Shown here: positions 56,374 through 64,000 of the stretch, one piece after another
Numbering within the stretch: the stretch's first letter is position 1
How the letters are laid out: every line of letters begins with the position of its first letter
Assembly: GCF_009914755.1 (NCBI RefSeq)
Contig: NC_060931.1
Source: the human T2T-CHM13v2.0 reference genome, Homo sapiens
Strand: one strand, 5' to 3'
Length of the DNA: 64,000 nt
Program-made: the position numbers and the translations under genes
The notes under the pieces: generated by a model
What the model was told of the DNA's origin: nothing
The model's database searches: none
Seen by the model: the letters and a program-made list of their open reading frames with translations, nothing else

Positions 56374-57888
56374 TGAACTCCTGACCACAAGTGATCCACC
56401 TGCCTCAGCCTCCCAAAGTGCTGGTATTACAGGCGTGAGCCACCGTGGCCAGCTCTCAGGTGGCAGTTAACCGTCTTTTGAGGCCCTTGGTACAGAGGCT
56501 GACAGGATCATTACTTACCCCTATATGCCTGTCTGGCTTCTCCCCCTATTCCTCCGTAGGCCATTGAGGCAAGACTGTGTCCTAGCATCTCTGAACCCCC
56601 ACACTGGGTACCTGGAGACTTGGGGGATGCTTGAAGAAAGGGGCATGAGACTAAGAGGAGTGGGTGGGGTGCTGTGGAGGAGGTTGGATAGGAAGTGTCA
56701 GCTCCGCCCTCGCCTCTGGCTTGGGACCTCCTGGCTCCGGGGACCCTGGCTCAGGTGAAGACCGGAATTGATCCTTGCTCTGCTGCTAATTCCATGAGTA
56801 ACACTGGGGAGATCTCTGTCTCTCTGTCTTACTGGCGATCTGTCTCACTACCTGTAAAATTGAGGGCCAAACTCAGTGCTTTCTTTCTTCTTCTTTTTGC
56901 TGTTGTAAAGATGAGGTCTCACTATATTCCCCAGGCTGGTCTCGAGCACCTGGGCTCAAGCGACCCTTCCACCACGGCCTCCCAAAGTGCTGAGACTACG
57001 GGCATGAGCCACTGCGCCTGGCCTGAATTCAGTGATTTGTTGGGGATCCAGGAATCTTGGCTCCAAGTCTCTGCTGGCCGTGTCTCCAGATCACCCCACC
57101 GTGCTCTCCCCATGCTCTGAAAACATCAGAGTTGTCTCCTGCGGTTTCAGGGACTTCCCTCTGAGCTGGATCTGAGCGGGTGGGAGGATTATGAGTGAAT
57201 TCTCTCCTTCACCCAACATCCCTCCTTCCCCAGCCATGAATTGCCCCTCAACAGGCATCTGCATCTCATTTCTGCCCTCCTCCAGGGCTTAATAACACCT
57301 CTAGAAGCCTAACCGCTGAAAAGACAAACCCTGACTGCACAATGCAAAACATCCAAACACTAGAGTGTCCAATAAATGCAAGGACGTCCACAGATTCTGA
57401 TTTCTCCTGTGTTTAGAGACAGGGTCTCGCTGTGTCACCCAGCCTGGAGTGCAGTGGCACAATCATAGCTCACTGCAGCCTCAAACTCCTGGGCCAAAGT
57501 GATCCTCCCACTTCAGCCTCCCAAAGTGTTGGGATTAGAAGTGTGAGCCACTTGTAATGGGACCACAGGCGCCGCACCCCCTGTTCAGGGCACCATTGCC
57601 CAGATAATAGCACAGCCATGTACATGTAAGCTGGCTCACCCTCTTGCTGCTTCTCTAGCCTCTGTTACTATAACCAGCAGTTTACAGCCTCTGTACAAAC
57701 AAGTCTTGTTCATGGTCCATGGAGATGCAAGACAAGATCCTAACTGTGGTGTGAATACCTGGCTGTCCCCAGCCATCCCACCTGATGTCACATCCTCTCT
57801 GCCTTCCAGTCTTGGTCCTCAGGGCTCTTCACCCAGCCTGCCCTTCCTTGTTGGGAAAGCCCACCTGTCCTTGAAGTCCCACCTATGA

Positions 57889-58178
<290 letters not shown>

Positions 58179-58488
58179 TGATCCACCCTCTTCAGCCTCC
58201 CAAAGTCCTGGAATTACAGGAGTGAGGCACCGTGCCCGGCCGCACCACCCTTGTTCTAATATAAGTCTAATTTCATTCAGCTTTGCATTCACAGTGATGA
58301 CGCACGTGCTTTTCCTCCCCACTAGATGGCAAATTCCTTGAGAGCAAGAATCACTGCTGGGCGTGGTGGCTCATGCCAGTAATCCCAGCACTTTGAGAGG
58401 CCAAGGGGAGGATTGCTTGAGCCCAGGGGTTCGAGACAAGCCTGGACAGCATAGCAAGACTCTGTCTCTACAAAAAATTAAAAAATTA

Positions 58489-58626
<138 letters not shown>

Positions 58627-58706
58627 TTAAAAACTAAAAGGCACGTTCATAAATTATTCCATTTACTAGTGAGCCTGTCAACTGTGTGTATATGTGGGTG
58701 TGTTAG

Positions 58707-59108
<402 letters not shown>

Positions 59109-59772
59109 TAGCCAGGAAGGTCTCGATCTCTTGACCTCGTTATCTGCCCGCCTCGGCCTCCCAAAGTGCTGGGATTACAGGCCAGCTTGTCTTTTTTTTT
59201 TTTTTTTTTTTTTTGAGATGGAGTCTCACTCACTCTGTCACCCAGGCCAGAATGCAGTGGCATGATCTTGGGTCATTGCAAGCTCTGCTTCCTGGGCTCA
59301 AGTGATCCTCCCACCTAAACCTCCCGAGTAGTTGGGACTACAGGCGTGTGCCACTATGCCCACCTAATTTTTGTATTTTTTGTAGAGATGGGATTTTGCC
59401 ATGTTGGCCAGGCTGGTCTTGAACTCCTGAGCTCAAGCAATCCTCCTGCCTTGGTCTCCCAAAGTGCTGGGATTACAGGCGTGTGCCACTGTGCCCGGCC
59501 TACCCTTTGATTTTCAACACATTTTGCAGATAAGAAAACAACCTTTGCTGAAGGTCACATGATAAGAAGAGAACTGGGATTCAAACGCAGACAATTGAAT
59601 GCCAGCCTGTTCCACAAGTACCTATGTTCTCAAACTCAAAGGGCTGGCCATTGTGCAGGAGGATGTGGTACGAGCAGACACTCATCTACTGCTCCTGCCA
59701 GTGGAGGCAAAATCACTTTGGAAAGGTATTTGGCAGCATCTACTAGCATTGAGCATCTCCCACCTTAGTTAG

Positions 59773-60221
<449 letters not shown>

Positions 60222-60462
60222 CACACTAGGGAATATTAATGCAGCAATGAGAATGAACACTCTACAGCTAAGTGCAGCCCTATGGGTGAATCTCACTGAT
60301 TATGTATTAAACAAAAGAAGCCTGACACGGAAGTGTATATGTTGTAAGATTTCATTCATATAAAGCTCCAAAATAGGCTCATCTATGGTGTTAGGAGTCA
60401 GGGTTGCATTTAGCCTCAGGGTGACTAGAAGGGCTCAAGAAGAGAGCTATGAAGGATGTTGC

Positions 60463-60499
<37 letters not shown>

Positions 60500-60621
60500 G
60501 TAGAGATGGGGTCTGCTACGCTGCCTAGGCTGGTGTCAAACTCCCAACCTCAAGTGATCCTCCCACCTCAGCCACTCAAAGTACTGGGATTACAGGCACG
60601 AGTCACTGTGCCTGGTCAAAT

Positions 60622-60926
60622 TTTCTTCCTTTCCTTCCTTCTTCCTTTCCTTCCTCTCTCCCCTTCTCCCTCTCTCCCTCTCTCCCTCTCTCTCTCTTCT
60701 CCCCTCCCCTCCACTCCCTTCTCCTCTCTTCTCTCCAGTCTTGTCTTGTCTTTTTTCTTTTCTTTCCTTTTCCCTTCCCTTCCCTGCCCTCCCCTCCACT
60801 CCCCTCTCCTGTCTTTTCTTTTCTTTCCCCTCCCTCCCCTCCCCTCCTCCTTTCTTTTCTTTTCTCTTTTCTTTTCTTTTCTTTTTTCTTTTCTCCTCTC
60901 CTCTCCTTTTCTTTTCTTTTCTTTCC
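60622..60926. repeat. Polypyrimidine (CT/CTT/CTTT) tract at an Alu tail
   Basis: Directly visible. Confidence 0.9.
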
Positions 60927-61064
60927 AGACAGGGTATCCCTCAGTCACCTAGGTTGCTGGAGTGCAGTGATAGAATCATGGCTTACTCTAGCCTCAAATT
61001 CCTGGGCTCAAGCCATCCTCCTGCCTCAGCCTCCTAAGTAGCTGGGACCACCACACTCAGCTAA

Positions 61065-61283
<219 letters not shown>

Positions 61284-61423
61284 TAGATACTTATGACATG
61301 TGCACCATTTACATGTATGTTAGACTTAGTGGTTTTATTTGAAAAAGAAACCGACTTTGCACCCATGTACATATATGAAATCAGCCATTCTACATCCTGA
61401 TTCGCCCTTACAAGGTAGTGTGA

Positions 61424-61849
<426 letters not shown>

Positions 61850-61910
61850 TAGTAGAGATGGGGTTTCCCTATGTTAGCCAGGCTGTTCTTGAACTGCTGA
61901 CCTCAGGTGA

Positions 61911-62210
<300 letters not shown>

Positions 62211-63268
62211 TGATCCACCTGCCTCGGCCTCCCAAAGTGTTTTTTTTTTTTTTAAGATGAAGTCTCACTCTGTCACCCAGGCTGGGGTACAGTGGCCAGA
62301 TCACATCTCACTGCAGCCTTGACCTCCTTGGGCTCAAGCAGTCCTCCCGCCATGGTGTGTGCCAACGTGCCTGGCTAATTTTTGAATTTTTTTGTGGAGA
62401 CAGGGTTTTGTCATGTTGCCCAGGCTGGTTTTGACCTGGGCTCCAGCCATCCTCTTGCCTTGACCTCGCGAAGTACTGGGATTACAGGTGGGAGCCACCA
62501 TGCCAGGCTAATTTTTATTTTTTTTGTAGAGACAGGATCTTGCTATATTGCCTAAACTGGTTCCGAACTCCTGGGCTCCAGCAATCCTCCTGCCTCAGCC
62601 TCCCAAAGTTGCTGGGATTCCAGGCGTGAGCCATGGTGTCTGGCTGATAGTCTGGGGTTTGATGGTGCCCTAAACAGCCTGAGCACCTCAAAGTGAGAAA
62701 CATGCCTCTGCCTCTTTTCACTGACCCCTCAGCTCCTCTCACCAGCTTACATACTCAGGAAGCCACTACTGTGGCTAGGGGTAGATTGGCATCTAGGTGC
62801 GGGGACGAGGGAGATGATGTATCAGGCCTACGGAAGGACTTGGCAAAGTTAGCTTGGCAAGATTAACTTGGCAGTTAGCTTCTCACAAAGCTCACTGAGT
62901 GAGAAGAGGATGGAGAAGCGGACAAGAGTGAGAGAGAGGAGTCTCGAACTGTGTCTTTAACTGGCGGCAAGTTGGGAAGTCACTTCCCCTGTCTGGATCT
63001 CAGTTTCTGTATCTGTAAAATGGGTGAACAAACCATGAACGAAAATTGGATAAATATGACTATATCGAAGTGAAGAAGTTGGACCAGACTTGTTTTCATA
63101 TCAGAAGTACCCCAATTGTTCTACCAAAAATTACGAGTTTGCCAGGAGCAGTGGCTCACACCTGTAATCCAAAACACTTTGAGAGGCTGAGGTGGGAGGA
63201 TTGCTTGAGGCCAGGAGTTCAAGACCAGCCTGGGCGACAGAGTGAGATCTCATCTCAAAAATAAATAA

Positions 63269-63598
<330 letters not shown>

Positions 63599-63617
63599 TA
63601 ATTTTTTTAAATTATGA

Positions 63618-63947
<330 letters not shown>

Positions 63948-64000
63948 TAGTCTTAAACTCCTGACCTCAAGTGATCTGCCCACCTCGGCTTCCCAAAGTG

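Overview
Human genomic DNA from the Williams-Beuren critical region (7q11.23), identified from the encoded proteins. The window is very Alu-dense (about 100 Alu copies or fragments by eye) and holds two minus-strand genes. (1) The 5' part of TBL2: coding exons 1-5 at 7035->1330; the rest lies left of the window. (2) The complete 17-exon CDS of MLXIPL (ChREBP-alpha) at 53399->22736. My hand-spliced exons sum to 2559 nt (852 aa + stop), with a poly(A) signal at 22086-22091. I found no novel gene system, RNA gene or CRISPR array; nearly all other listed ORFs are Alu, simple-repeat or antisense artefacts. Points worth follow-up: a U12-type (minor spliceosome) intron 15 in MLXIPL; the His241 + Val358 alleles on this haplotype; an in-frame downstream donor that could add 65 aa at the LID/GRACE hinge; two short local segments copied into the middle of Alus; a ~30-bp GC-box minisatellite forming the TBL2 upstream promoter; a 2.3-kb palindromic AT-rich expansion that appears to split a MIR; and a 39-bp G-rich minisatellite in MLXIPL intron 7.
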